This document shows, piece by piece, positions 21,739 through 33,348 of a stretch of DNA of 36,433 bases (its first letter is position 1; every line of letters begins with the position of its first letter). Position numbers and translations under genes: made by a program. Source of the DNA: Ginkgo biloba (lineage: Eukaryota > Plantae > Ginkgophyta). The stretch covers positions 47,501,889 to 47,538,321 of the forward strand of contig JANKJI020000004.1 in NCBI GenBank assembly GCA_024626585.2. Reading direction: 5' to 3'. The notes beneath the pieces are model-generated. The model was not told where the DNA came from. It searched no databases and was given only the letters and a program-made list of their open reading frames with translations.

Positions 21739-21808
21739 AGGGGCCCGGCCCCCCCCCCCCTTACTTGTATTAGGGGCCCGGCCCCCCCCCCTTACTTGAA
21801 TTATTAGG
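21739..21808. repeat. GC-rich tandem array with C-runs (unit about 33 bp), running into a gap
   Basis: AGGGGCCCGG-C12-TTACTTGTATT, then AGGGGCCCGG-C10-TTACTTGAATTATT, then AGG followed by N. Confidence 0.92.
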
Positions 21809-21939
21809 NNNNNNNNNNNNNNNNNNNNNNNNNNNNNNNNNNNNNNNNNNNNNNNNNNNNNNNNNNNNNNNNNNNNNNNNNNNNNNNNNNNNNNNNNNNN
21901 NNNNNNNNCAATTAAAATAATTATAAAATAGTTCATGTA

Positions 21940-23010
21940 AGCCACTACCTTGTGCACCTACACCTTGAGCTACCTCACTATCAACATATCTTCTTGGATC
22001 TACTCTGTCTTAATCTATTGGTAAAATCTACATTGTCTCATCTGACTACCCTACCTAGTGCTTCTGTCGAGAATCACTCTATTGGTTAATGGAATTTACA
22101 TCACCCATCTATATATCATTAGAATCCACATCACCTCATCTGACTGCCTTGCATAACATTTTTGTTGGGCATCATTGTCTATCAGTCAATAGAATTTGCA
22201 TTTCCTCTTCTAACTTTTAGATCTGGTAGAGTCACTTGACACCTTTAGATCTCATACATATTCAAATGCAGGCTTTGGAAGACTCACTCAATACCTTCAG
22301 TGCATCTCTCAGGATAGAATGCTCATCATCCCATCTCTAAGCTATGTCTCAATTGATGGATCTACTTGGCATCTGCTCCCATAGCTCACATGCAACACTT
22401 TCCCTTCAATGCCTCAAATTCATTAACGGGATCTCTTAGATGAAAATCACATCATATCTCTAAGCTACCTCAAGTTTGATAGTCTGCCCAATGCTCTTCT
22501 ATGGCTCACTTACTCGAGTTTGACACACATTTGACTGGTGCTTCATCACATAATCCACTTGTCTACTTCGTATTTGTAACTCTTCTTTGCCTCTTAAACT
22601 GATGCTCAAACACACCCTCTATAAGCCAAACCTATAGTCCTCACACCTGTCAGTCAATGCCCTTCTTCTCTAATTGTGCCATTCTCACTCTATCAATCCA
22701 ATGTTCTCTTTCTTTAAACTCCCTTATCCAGAATCCTCAGTCACTCCATAATTCGATAATATTTCTCCTCTTTTTTACGTGTTCTCCTCCCTATTCTCTT
22801 CTATGGATGCACTAACCCCTTTTCCTTCTATGAACTCATATTTTAAGCTTGAAATCTCCAATGGGTAGAAATGGCTCCTTCGGCTCCCTCCATCTCCAAC
22901 GGATGAGTTAGGTGAGATCGAACCTGCAACGGCTTCCTGGCTTAAATGCTCTGCAACGACTGCCTCGATCTTCACCACCTTCGACTTCAACGTCTCTCTA
23001 AGCATTCAAT
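21940..23010 (-). pseudogene. Decayed ORF remnant, probably a retroelement accessory ORF
   Basis: The E/K/L-rich ORF 22775-23005 is followed by further protein-like read-through downstream. It lies next to LTR-type tandem repeats and has no diagnostic motif. Confidence 0.25.
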
Positions 23011-23199
23011 TCTCTTCCATGTGAGCAACATTCCTCTACATGCCATTCAGTGTAGCTTCTTACTCACACTTTCGTTCAGTGACTTATCGATTTATATTTA
23101 TACTTTGAATTACTTTTTAAGTCACCTTTTCTGACGTCAACTTCCAACATAACTCATCCAACAAGGTTCTTCTTGCTTCATGTGGGTTCTCCTTATAAA

Positions 23200-23530
23200 C
23201 CCACTGATGAGATTAGTCTTCAACACAAATCCTCTGATGATGTCGGCCAACTCTTATCTCTTCACTAACAAATTTTGGTGTCCTTATGTCTCCCACTGAC
23301 GCATGTCAGTCTAACTTCCATCGATGCATGTTAATTTGGAATCCACTGATGCATGTCATTATTTACTCCTCCACCGACTCATGTTGGTCTGCACCCTACC
23401 AACGCTTTTTGGTCTTGGCTACCTTGTTGATGCATGTCAATCTTTGCTTACTCGCCAACGCATGTCAATCTCTTCTTTTACTGATGCATGTCAGACTGGT
23501 CTTCCTCCAATACATGTTAATTTGTTGACA
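23200..23530 (-). repeat. Degenerate tandem array with a unit of about 21-23 bp (core CCACTGATGCATGTCA), LTR-associated type
   Basis: CACTGATGCATGTCA, CACTGACGCATGTCA and TTGATGCATGTCA recur. The reverse complement resembles CTGACATGCATCGG at 34323 and the U3 arrays at 13910-14130. Confidence 0.75.
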
Positions 23531-23758
23531 CTGTATAATGCGATGCTCCTACATCAATCTCCCCTTCTTACAAAAGACATGATCTCCTTCTCATGAGATA
23601 CTTCTCCTTTTTTAGATTTACTCTCCATGGNNNNNNNNNNNNNNNNNNNNNNNNNNNNNNNNNNNNNNNNNNNNNNNNNNNNNNNNNNNNNNNNNNNNNN
23701 NNNNNNNNNNNNNNNNNNNNNNNNNNNNNNTTATAATTTATTTTTTTTCTAGTGCTAG

Positions 23759-24208
23759 TGGTATCAAAGGAAGGAAACTTAGTAGTTCATCGTGTAGCTA
23801 GGACCCAAAATCATTCTCAAGTCTCACCTCCAGTGTGGGTGTTGTTTGGGGCCACAAACTCACAAGATTTAGACACCTGTCTAAATATCAGGGCACTCTT
23901 GAGTCTTGGTTCTCCTTTGCCCAGACTCCTTACAGGGNNNNNNNNNNNNNNNNNNNNNNNNNNNNNNNNACATCATGTTCTCATGTCTCTAGGTTCTATG
24001 GTCCCTTTTACTCAATGTGGAACTTCTCCTCTTGGCATCGGGTCCTCATCTCTCTGAGGTATTGGCACATGCCATCCCTTTGAACTCCCTCTTCCTCATA
24101 CCACTATTCCTTTACCTTCAAGTTGTCCTTCCTCCATTTAATGGGGAGAGGGTATAATAGGGTGACATGTATCAACTCATCTCACCCTCCCACTAAGACA
24201 CAAGAGGA
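23759..24208 (+). mobile_element. Possible second short PBS-to-PPT LTR element remnant
   Basis: PBS-like TGGTATCAAAG at 23759-23769 and a purine tract GGGGAGAGGG at 24143-24152, followed by TATAATAGGG (possibly a decayed TGTAAT LTR start). The LTR pair cannot be verified. Confidence 0.3.
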
Positions 24209-25395
24209 NNNNNNNNNNTTTGTTCAAGCATTGGATTGCCACAGGTTACTAAGCTTGGGATCTTCTCGTGTGTCAAAATATTAGACCACTTGGGCTTGGG
24301 AGATCATTGCAAGCTTGTATTGATGCTGGTCAGACCTACCACCATCCTGTGAGGTGATGGAACAATGGCTTACAACATGATGGGATCTCATGGGTCCTGC
24401 ATCTGTACACACACTCCAAACGCAACCTGTAAAACATTCTTTTCTGGAGATTTTCAAAATGCACCAAAAATACAATTGCATGGAGTTATTTAGAGGAAAA
24501 AAAAGGGTTCTTGTTTACTTTTAATAGTCAATGGGAATTTATATAATAGAGGACATTATGGGGTGCAAGGAGAGGGGGTGGAGAAGGCAAATTTATCAAA
24601 AGTTAACAACAACTTAATCTGTTGTAAAATTAACAGGATCCAATATAGTCAATGTGCACACAAAAAAGGGGGGTCCCCATATTTGAATTATAGCGGGGAG
24701 TGTTGAGAAATCGATACAACTACCAGAGGGTCACCATCCTGACTTAACAAATCTTCTTTAGAGTCTAACACCATATCTCTAAATTTTGGCATAGGAAAAA
24801 GNNNNNNNNNNNNNNNNNNNNNNNNNNNNNNNNNNNNNNNNNNNNNNNNNNNNNNNNNNNNNNNNNNNNNNNNNNNNNNNNNNNNNNNNNNNNNNNNNNN
24901 NTATCTATATATGTACCCACACACAAACACTGATGCGGTTGCATCCCCCTATTTTGATATTTTATCCACGTGGGAGTTAGCGGTAGCATTTTTGGCGAAC
25001 TAGAAGTATATTTGGACAAAGGGATAAAGGGTCGCGGCCAAGTGGCCTAAAGGAAGTTTCATATGGAAGGATAAAATAACAGGTGGAATATGCCAATAGA
25101 TAAAGCTTGATAAATGACGAAGAACTTAGAAATTGATTTTGGCAAATGGTCCAAAAATAGGGCAAGTAGATAGTGAACAGCTTAAAGGAAGTTTCACATG
25201 GAGCATGGAAAGTTTATGTGGCTTACACCAGTAGATGAGGCTCAAAAAATAATGAAGAATTGCTAAATTGGTTTTAGTGAACAGGCACCAGAAATAGGAC
25301 AAATGTACCATGAATAGCTTGGGAGAGTAGCAAATGGCCTAAAGGGTGAATGGGCCAAAGAAAATGAAGAGAAGAAAATGGAGAAATTGTGTGAA

Positions 25396-25615
25396 GCATT
25401 CGCCACTCTAGACAGTGAATGGGTTAAAGGATTGTTGAGGAAATATGGTCAAAGAACCCCGTAAGGCATTCGTCGCCTAGCCAACAAATGACCCAAGGGA
25501 AAAGTGGGCAGTGAATGTAGTGAGGCATTCATCACCTGTACAGTGAATGGGCCAAAGTAAAATTAAAAAATAAACCAAGTGAGGCGTTCGCTATCTAGAC
25601 GAAAAATGACCCAAA
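25396..25615. repeat. Four degenerate hairpin-forming units (GGCATTCGCC...GGCGAATG type) spaced about 60-70 bp apart
   Basis: Units start at 25396, 25465, 25524 and 25583, for example GCATTCGCCACTCTAGACAGTGAATGGG and GGCATTCATCACCTGTACAGTGAATGGG. Confidence 0.65.
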
Positions 25616-26570
25616 GGCCATGATGGAAATTTTCCAAATGAAAATTGAAGTCGATTTAAATCCAAAAAAGATGGCAAGTTGGCCGTGGGGNNNNNNNNNN
25701 NNNNNNNNNNNNNNNNNNAAGGCCATTTATGAGGCCCATAAGGTGAATTAAAGGGGAATTAATAGTTTTGGTGGTAGGTGGAGATTTTGGCACCCAAGAG
25801 AGGATTTTGGAGGATTCTAGAAGGAGGAAGGAAATAGTCACCAAGGGTCTAGAGTAAGCAGATCTGGGAGAACAAGAAGAAGGCTAATTATAGCCAGTGG
25901 CTAGAAGGCATTCAACATATGTTCCAAACAATGAGGCAGTCAAATGGTTGGAAGAGAAACTAAGGAGAAGGAAAGCGAATGACTGCTTAAAGGAGTAACT
26001 GAAGAAGAAGGAAAGAAAAATTTGGGAAGTATAGGGAGCAGCCCTAGAAGTGCAGAACATATTTGGAAGGAGGAAAATGATTGATTAGTAAAGAGCCTTG
26101 ATGAGTGAATAAAAGAGAAAGAAGGAAGAGAAGAGAAAGGAGAAAAAGTAAGAGGAAAAGAAGAAGAAAGGAGAAGAAGGTGGGCAAAGCATAGACGCTG
26201 ACTGGGAGGTAGAACAGAGGAGAAGTAAGAAGAGTTCAGGAAGTTGAACTAAAGGACAAGAGGTCTAAGGAGGATGAGAAGGTGTAGATGCCAACATTGA
26301 GGCATCATGAGTGAGGTTAACAGAAAGACACTAAGAGTAGTGAAGGTGGCATTTTGGCGAAGGTTGAGTGAATGCTCCAAGGAGGGAGCCCTGATATTTG
26401 GTAACTGGAAACCCCAATGGGGTATATGTGTATGTAATTCATGAATTAGGCCGTGGGCCATAATTTTATGNNNNNNNNNNNNNNNNNNNNNNNNNNNNNN
26501 NNNNNNNNNNNNNNNNNNNNNNNNNNNNNNNNNNNNNNNNNNNNNNNNNNNNNNNNNNNNNNNNNNNNNN

Positions 26571-27189
26571 GAGAATTATCAGCCATCAGAGAGTAGATAG
26601 CGGACCTGAGGAGCAGAGTGGGGCTTAGGCGAAGGGAATTCTATCGAGTTGGCTATAGAATAGGGATTCACCGAGCAAAACGCCGAGAGAGATAGTTCTT
26701 GAGTGAACAATCCATTCTGATGATGTTGCACCGAGGGATGTACATGCACGAAGTATTAAACTATGAAGTATAATATGAGAGGCTGCATNNNNNNNNNNNN
26801 NNNNNNNNNNNNNNNNNNTCTTAGCTAGTTGCTAGAGTATGTAAGGGCAAAGGCCCAGAATTATAGTGTTATAATAAACTTAGAGTTTTATTCCTTGAGA
26901 GGGTTTCTCTAGTTCAAAATCCTTGGGTAACTTCTCATTTTATTACATGATTATGAAAGTGCTTCCTTTTATGCTACGTGACTATGCATGTGTTTGAATT
27001 CCAACTGATGGGATAAGTTTTTCGCCAAGCCTAAAGTGTTGCCTATGGGATAGCTTTGTTTAAGCATGAGTATCTTTCATCTCACCGACCACATCAACGG
27101 GTGGTGGTTGACATCGTTAAAAGCTCCTGTAATAGAGGTGGAGGGTGGAGACCCCCTTTGGGTGCTTCTCCTCACCCCTCACTGTATTA
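26571..27189 (+). mobile_element. 5' LTR (R/U5 part) of a Ty3/gypsy element
   Basis: Homologous to 14560-14812 and 11240-11330. It ends CTGTATTA, a decayed CTGCATCA, which is the inverse of the family start TGATGCAG. Confidence 0.85.
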
Positions 27190-27190
27190 G

Positions 27191-27202
27191 TGGTATTAGA
27201 GC
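27191..27202 (+). promoter_or_regulatory. Primer-binding site (initiator tRNA-Met)
   Basis: TGGTATTAGAGC versus the canonical TGGTATCAGAGC, located between the LTR end and the gag ATG. Confidence 0.9.
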
Positions 27203-27234
27203 ATAGATTTTAGTAGAAGAGAAGAGACGTTAAG

Positions 27235-27923
27235 ATGCCACCTAAAGGACCGACCAAAAAAAAGGATGTCATCATACAGATGTTGGAAGTTTTACCCAAA
27301 CGAGTCGAGGACATGGGAGGATATATGGCAAGTAGAATGGAGGAAATAGGAGTAAAGATTAACAGCCTAGAAGCCCAAAGGCAAGATTTCGCATCTAAAA
27401 TAGAGAAGGTGGTTGAACCAAGGCCAGACAGTGAAGAAGCTAGACCTTTTAGGCAAAGTGAAGGTGGTTTAGTCATCTGAGAAATGGGAAATATAAGAGG
27501 AAAGTCTAAAGTGGAAGCACCATGCTTCAGAGGTAGTTTAAATCTAGGATACCTCTTAGATTGGGTAGGCGACATGGAAAAATATTTCAATTAGGAAGAG
27601 ATCAAAGATCCCCGTAGAGTGAGATTCGCCTACACAAGACTGAAAGGACATGTTACTAGATGGTGGGAGCACTTACAGAGAAACCAAGTATTGAAGAAAG
27701 AAGAGAAAGTAACTACATGGAAGGAGATGGTTGAAAGGATAAAAGGAAAGTTCTTACTGTTGGATTACAGCTAGTGACTATTCAAAGAATTTTAGAATCT
27801 GAGGAAGAAGGAAAGGACTATGTCAGAGTACACTAACGAGTTCTTTAGGTTATCCATCCAAAGCGGTCAAAGAGAAGAAGAAGAAGAATTGGCATCCAGG
27901 TATGTCAATGGGTTGAGCTTTGC
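27235..27923 (+). pseudogene. gag: Ty3/gypsy (chromovirus, CRM-like) Gag, decayed and truncated by a gap
   Basis: MPPK...KVEAPCFRGSLNLGYLLDWVGDMEKYFN*EEIKDPRRVRFAYTRLKGHVTRWWEHLQ...TWKEMVERIKGKFL..DY...F*NLRKKERTMSEYTNEFFRLS...RYVNGL, which is a Retrotrans_gag pattern in a single frame with 5 TAG/TGA stops. Confidence 0.93.
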
Positions 27924-30900
27924 NNNNNNNNNNNNNNNNNNNNNNNNNNNNNNNNNNNNNNNNNNNNNNNNNNNNNNNNNNNNNNNNNNNNNNNNNNNNN
28001 NNNNNNNNNNNNNNNNNNNNNNNTATGTTCACCACCAATCTACTAGATCCTATTCAATATCTCCCCAATGTTCCCAAACTTAACCTCCATCGTGATAAGC
28101 AGGTTTGCTCACCCTAATACACACACCAAGACTTAAGCAAGGCCCACTAAGCTGAGTATGCCAATTAACCAATACAAATTTGAATGTGCATTACACCCAG
28201 AGTTTATGATTTTTTTTCTCCATAGTTTATACTTCTTAGGAAGCAAGGGTGCAACCAGAAGTTTGGATTATAAAACACTAAGGAGTGTTTTCCACATGAA
28301 TGTCATCATTTATTTATTGCTTAACACACCCCATTTTAGTTTGAACATGAGTACCCCTAGCCTACCTCTTTTTTTCTTTCCCTTTTATTTTGCATTGTCT
28401 GTGTCAAGGCCTACTAATCCTGTGATAGAAATAAGTTGTCATCGACCTATGACAAATCTATTCCCTCCACTCTATAAACTCCTACGGTTACCAATAGCCA
28501 ACAAGAACCTTTAAATCTAGTATGAAATATTTTTTTCCTTCTGAAGGGATGTATTTAGTCGAGTTGGGAATGCTCTATAATTTAAACATATGGATCATAG
28601 ATTATGAATTGAAGTATGTGTGCAGGTGTAGGAGCCCCAAGATCTCACCAATAATGACATAACCCTATAGAGGCCCCTGGAGTAATAATGATCTGAGACC
28701 ATGATACAGGCCCAAGGCTCGAATAGTCCTAAGTGAAGATGGATGTCCCCTTTATGAATGTGTCATTATCTCATACCCTCTCTCCATAGACCATAGGAGT
28801 TGTGCTTTAGAACATAAAGTATAATGGAATTACTAGGTGACATGGGTCAATACCTCATGGAGATAAGAGCTTGGCATTAAGAGGAAGAATCTCACTTCAA
28901 CTAAAATCAACCACGAAGTCCAAAGTCATAAGATTATGATGTGCATCCCATCCCTCACCCCTTGAATGAAGCCTATGGGAGATAGGCCAAAAGAAGTTTC
29001 CAAGAATCAAGAATGCCTTGAGATTTACACAAGTGTCTAAATCCCATGAGTCGATGGCCCCGAGCAACAACCACAACGGTCAAATATATCAAGACTTGGT
29101 CACGTGAGATCATGACACGTGTGTGGCTGGATTTTAAATGTGAGTTAAATTGCTCAAACCACATAATACGTAATTAAAGCCTTTAATCTAGCACATGAAG
29201 GGAAGATTTATAGAATCCTTGTGGACCATCCTTCAAGGACATCATTAGCCTTTATATTATTTATGCTTTNNNNNNNNNNNNNNNNNNNNNNNNNNNNNNN
29301 NNNNNNNNNNNNNNNNNNNNNNNNNNNNNNNNNNNNNNNNNNNNNNNNNNNNNNNNNNNNNNNNNNNNNCATGACTCTCCTCCTCACAATAATTAAAACT
29401 TAGGTTGTAGTGGTAAAAATAATATGATTTCATGTACCTTAAGATGAATCCATGTATCCTAATATCATGAACACACAGATGGTTCAAGATAATAAAAAGG
29501 ATGTAGGGTTGCAAAGTGTCACAAGGCCCAAGTGTTTGAGATGATGACAGATGTCTTAATCACATGTGCCTTAAGGATTATAGGACAAAAGAGAAAGATG
29601 CAAAGTTCGAAGGGCTATGGGTCCCAAGTCTCCTAAGATATCGACACATGTCAAGATTATGTTTCTCCCCAAAATAACACAAAGAAAATGGATAATGAAG
29701 TGTTGAAAAGACTATGGGTCTGTAAATCCCTGAGGTCTCACCACCTATCATCACCTCATGTCTCCCTCCCTCATGATATATTGAAATGTTGAAAGGAATT
29801 TTTGTTAGTGACCTAATTTCTATGCTTTTATGATCATGCCATGTGGCATACTCATGCATAGTCATAAATTCATAAGGAAAAGGAGAAGGGGATCACTCTT
29901 CCAAAATAACCTAATTCCTANNNNNNNNNNNNNNNNNNNNNNNNNNNNNNNNNNNNNNNNNNNNNNNNNNNNNNNNNNNNNNNNNNNNNNNNNNNNNNNC
30001 CAAAATGTCAATAATCCCAAAATTTATGGGAGTACATCATCTGGTAAAATCCTATGCCACCACCCCTCACGATATTTAAATAATATAAAGAATCTCTTAT
30101 GATTTTATGGCTAATTTCTAGGCTTGTGAGGTCACATCCATATGTTCTAATCATACACACCCTTAGGAACATTGAGTAACTAGATAAGAGTTGTGTAATT
30201 ATGTGCATTCCCATGAGCCGTAGATTTATACAATCCTATAGCATTCACAATCCCACATCATGTTGGGGTTCACATAAAAAAGGATAAGGAGCCTTATCGC
30301 CAAAACATTCAATTCCAATCTCATGATATTGAACCATGTATAAGTTCCATATATAAACATAAAGGATATTATGAGATTAGAGGCATTAGTCCAGGCCAAC
30401 CTTAGTGACCCTTATGGATCCCTTCTCAAAAGTGATTGATAATATCATGGAAACCAGGACATTTATGTGTTTAGAAATCATAGTCAGAAAAATGGAAGGG
30501 AATCTATTGCATGATGATCCTACACCTACTTGGAGTTATGAGTGATCCTAGCACACACTAGTATTTAAATTAATTATGCAAATAATCCCATAACTATATA
30601 TGCCTGATCGAATGAATTATAGATCTCTATATTAAATGATAAGAGTCTGAGAAAAGAAAATATTTTTAAACTTTGGTTAAGCTTATACCTTACTAGAGTT
30701 TACTTACTTAGTTAGAAGTGTGAATAAAAGGATGAGGATGCATCCAGTCTAGGGGTTTAATTCAATTAGAAAACTTCTTCCAAAGATAGAATTTTAGTCT
30801 CCTTTTAGATCATTCTCTCTCTCTCTCTCCCTCTTTTTCTATATCTTGATGTTATAATAGAAGAGTAGTTTTCTTAAGAAGAAGATTAATTCAAGAGAAT

Positions 30901-31429
30901 TTTAACATTCCTAGAATCTTGTGTGTTTTTTGGGTTTTATGGTTATCATTATTTATTTTATTTTTAGTGTTTAGTTAATTCTATTAATTGATACATGAAT
31001 TGGGATTATTACTATACTTTTGGAGTTTAATAGTAAGAAAATATTGGGCCATGTTAGTCTTGGATTCACTTAGTTTATTGGTTTCTTATGCCTGGATATA
31101 ATAGATATTCTAATACATTCTATTGATCTTGGGTGTTTGATATACCATTAATTATGTGGATTCTTACTATGTTACTTGAATATAGTCAATTAATTTAAAT
31201 AAAAGTTATATTGATCATCCCTTTCTTATGAAGTTTNNNNNNNNNNNNNNNNNNNNNNNNNNNNNNNNNNNNNNNNNNNNNNNNNNNNNNNNNNNNNNNN
31301 NNNNNNNNNNNNNNNNNNNNNNNNNNNNNNNNNNNNTCGTCAACAACATAACAGAGAGGAGGAGCTCTTTACTACATCACGTATAGCAGAGAGAGGAGCC
31401 TCCTCTATATTATGTATGAAGTAGTACTT

Positions 31430-31655
31430 ACTATATATATTTTAGAATGGGGTAACATATTTGGAGGAGACAAGAGAGAATCGGGTTGGAAATGAAGAAG
31501 GACTAGTGATTAGGTTGGCTTTGGTATCTATGTGGTTTATTCAGTTTGGTTCAAATACTCGACCTCCAATGAGTGAAGTGGTGAAGCTATTGGAAGGAAA
31601 TGTAGAATTGAGGATTGCTCGCAATCTTTTTCTAATTTCCTCTGCTAATACATAA
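31430..31655 (+). pseudogene. C-terminal fragment of a receptor-like kinase (subdomains X-XI, LRK10L/SD-2b-like)
   Basis: A YF-EW remnant, then RLALVSMWFIQFGSNTRPPMSEVVKLLEGNVELRIARNLF, matching V.LWCIQ..P..RP.MS.VV.MLEG......PP.PF. It is frameshifted and the catalytic subdomains are absent. Confidence 0.8.
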
Positions 31656-33280
31656 ACTTCATCTTCAATGATCTCTGATTACTAGAATTTTTGTAGTCTG
31701 GTGATGATCTTTGCTTTCCTTAGATAATTTGTTCTTTGATTTAAATTTTCTTTTCATTGAAATATATGATTAGCGTAGCCTTCTTTGGCTATGGTATTTT
31801 GGAAATGAGTCTTCTAATGGAGAGTGCAGAGATATGAATTGGATTTTGAATATTTATGTAAGTGGATAGGTGAGGCTCCCTCTACATTCAAAATTCTCTT
31901 TATCACCATAGATTCTAATGCTCTCTCTCATTTTGTAACAAATTGGAGAGGTGAGGCTCCCTATGCATTTAAAATTCTTTCCCTCAAATTAGTTCTTCTT
32001 AAGACAAAGGCTAGGTTGTTTTTACATTAAAGGTTCATGATCAAAGAAGGCATAGGGTCCTATATGTTAATCACATGATAGACTAAAGTGAACCCTCAAT
32101 ATTTATAAAAATTCTCAAAGATGGGACCACAAAAGTGAATACCTACTAGATTCTTAGAATTAGATGGTTTCTCATTATCTGTTGGATTATTAGAATTATT
32201 TTTATCATTGGTTGTCCATGGGAAAGTTTGATGAGGATAAACATTGAATACATCATCCATAACTATGATACAACAACTATAACCATGATAGTGTAATATA
32301 AGCATAATGTCAATTAGAATAGTGCTAATCATATCATAAGAATAACATTTGAAACTATAGAATAATTTGGGATCAGATCATATCATAATCTTTTCAATGT
32401 CATCATGGATTTGGAAGAATTTAGGGTTTCATAATGTCATTCTACTCTAATGTATTTTCTTATCGCTAGGACAGAAAGAATAAACACTATTACCTTCACA
32501 TAATAAACCCATTCATCTTCATACCATGTAATAAATCCATCCACCCGATTATTTCTCGTGATGACATTATCATAGAAAATGGGAATGTTACAAATACGAG
32601 TGTCGTTGCAGCGATTTAGCATGTTTTAATTACTTATATTTAGGTTGAAAATTAGTAGTATCATTTTTTAGCATAATGCATTAGTGATAAGGGTGAGTGT
32701 AGTAATTTGACTCATAGATAATAGAAATACTTTAGTAGTTTACACCAATTCATGTGTACGAGCAACACATATTTATGTTTGATGCTTAGTGTGCAACTAG
32801 AGTATATGTGTGTATTTTAACTATAGTGCCTTTATGAGTAGTAGTAACAGCTCATTGTAGCTGGGAGGGTGTGTGAACTGGAAGTTACCCTGCATTGGGT
32901 GCAGGTGTGTNNNNNNNNNNNNGGGCCAGGTGCTACATTTGTGGGTTGCAGAGATCAGGGCACACCGTAGGATGCACCATAAGACCTCACACAAAGTCGA
33001 GTAAATAACAAAAGGAAAATAACTAAAATTGTATCAGGATTACAGTTTTGTTTTGTTCAAAAAATTTGTAATGGACTTTTTTGTCAAAATATTGATGGAA
33101 GAGAGAGTAGTTAGGAAATATTCTAGTGAATTTTAATCTAGATACAGGTGGGGAAGATAGGTAGAAATAATCTGTATAAANNNNNNNNNNNNNNNNNNNN
33201 NNNNNNNNNNNNNNNNNNNNNNNNNNNNNNNNNNNNNNNNNNNNNNNNNNNNNNNNNNNNNNNNNNNNNNNNNNNNNNNN

Positions 33281-33348
33281 TGTATATATATATATTTATT
33301 TATTTATGTATATATATATATAGATAGATAGATATAATATATATATAG
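33281..33348. repeat. Compound (TA)n/(TTTA)n/(TAGA)n microsatellite
   Basis: Directly visible next to a gap. Confidence 0.9.

Larger units (their letters stand above)
11455..21808. mobile_element. Unclassified gene-dense fossil element with convergent long ORFs (candidate organellar mobile DNA, plasmid or virus)
   Basis: Near-continuous, intronless protein-like frames appear on + (to about 18990) and on - (21644 to 19003) when stops are read as R/Q. Short motifs are shared between parts, and the right end is CpG-rich with a C-run array. No RT, integrase, transposase, DNA polymerase B or T7-type RNA polymerase motif was recognised. Confidence 0.5.

Noticed and set aside
11455-21808. Classical mitochondrial linear-plasmid DNA polymerase B and RNA polymerase pair
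   Set aside because: The convergent layout fits, but I found no D.NSLYP, K...NSLYG, YTDTDS, DFRGR.Y or R...K...M...YG motifs in the frames I read.
28024-30600. Short ORFs and repeat-like sequence resembling 35300-35900 (ATGCCATGTGG motifs)
   Set aside because: Probably TE-derived non-coding DNA, but no termini, PBS/PPT or domain could be supported.
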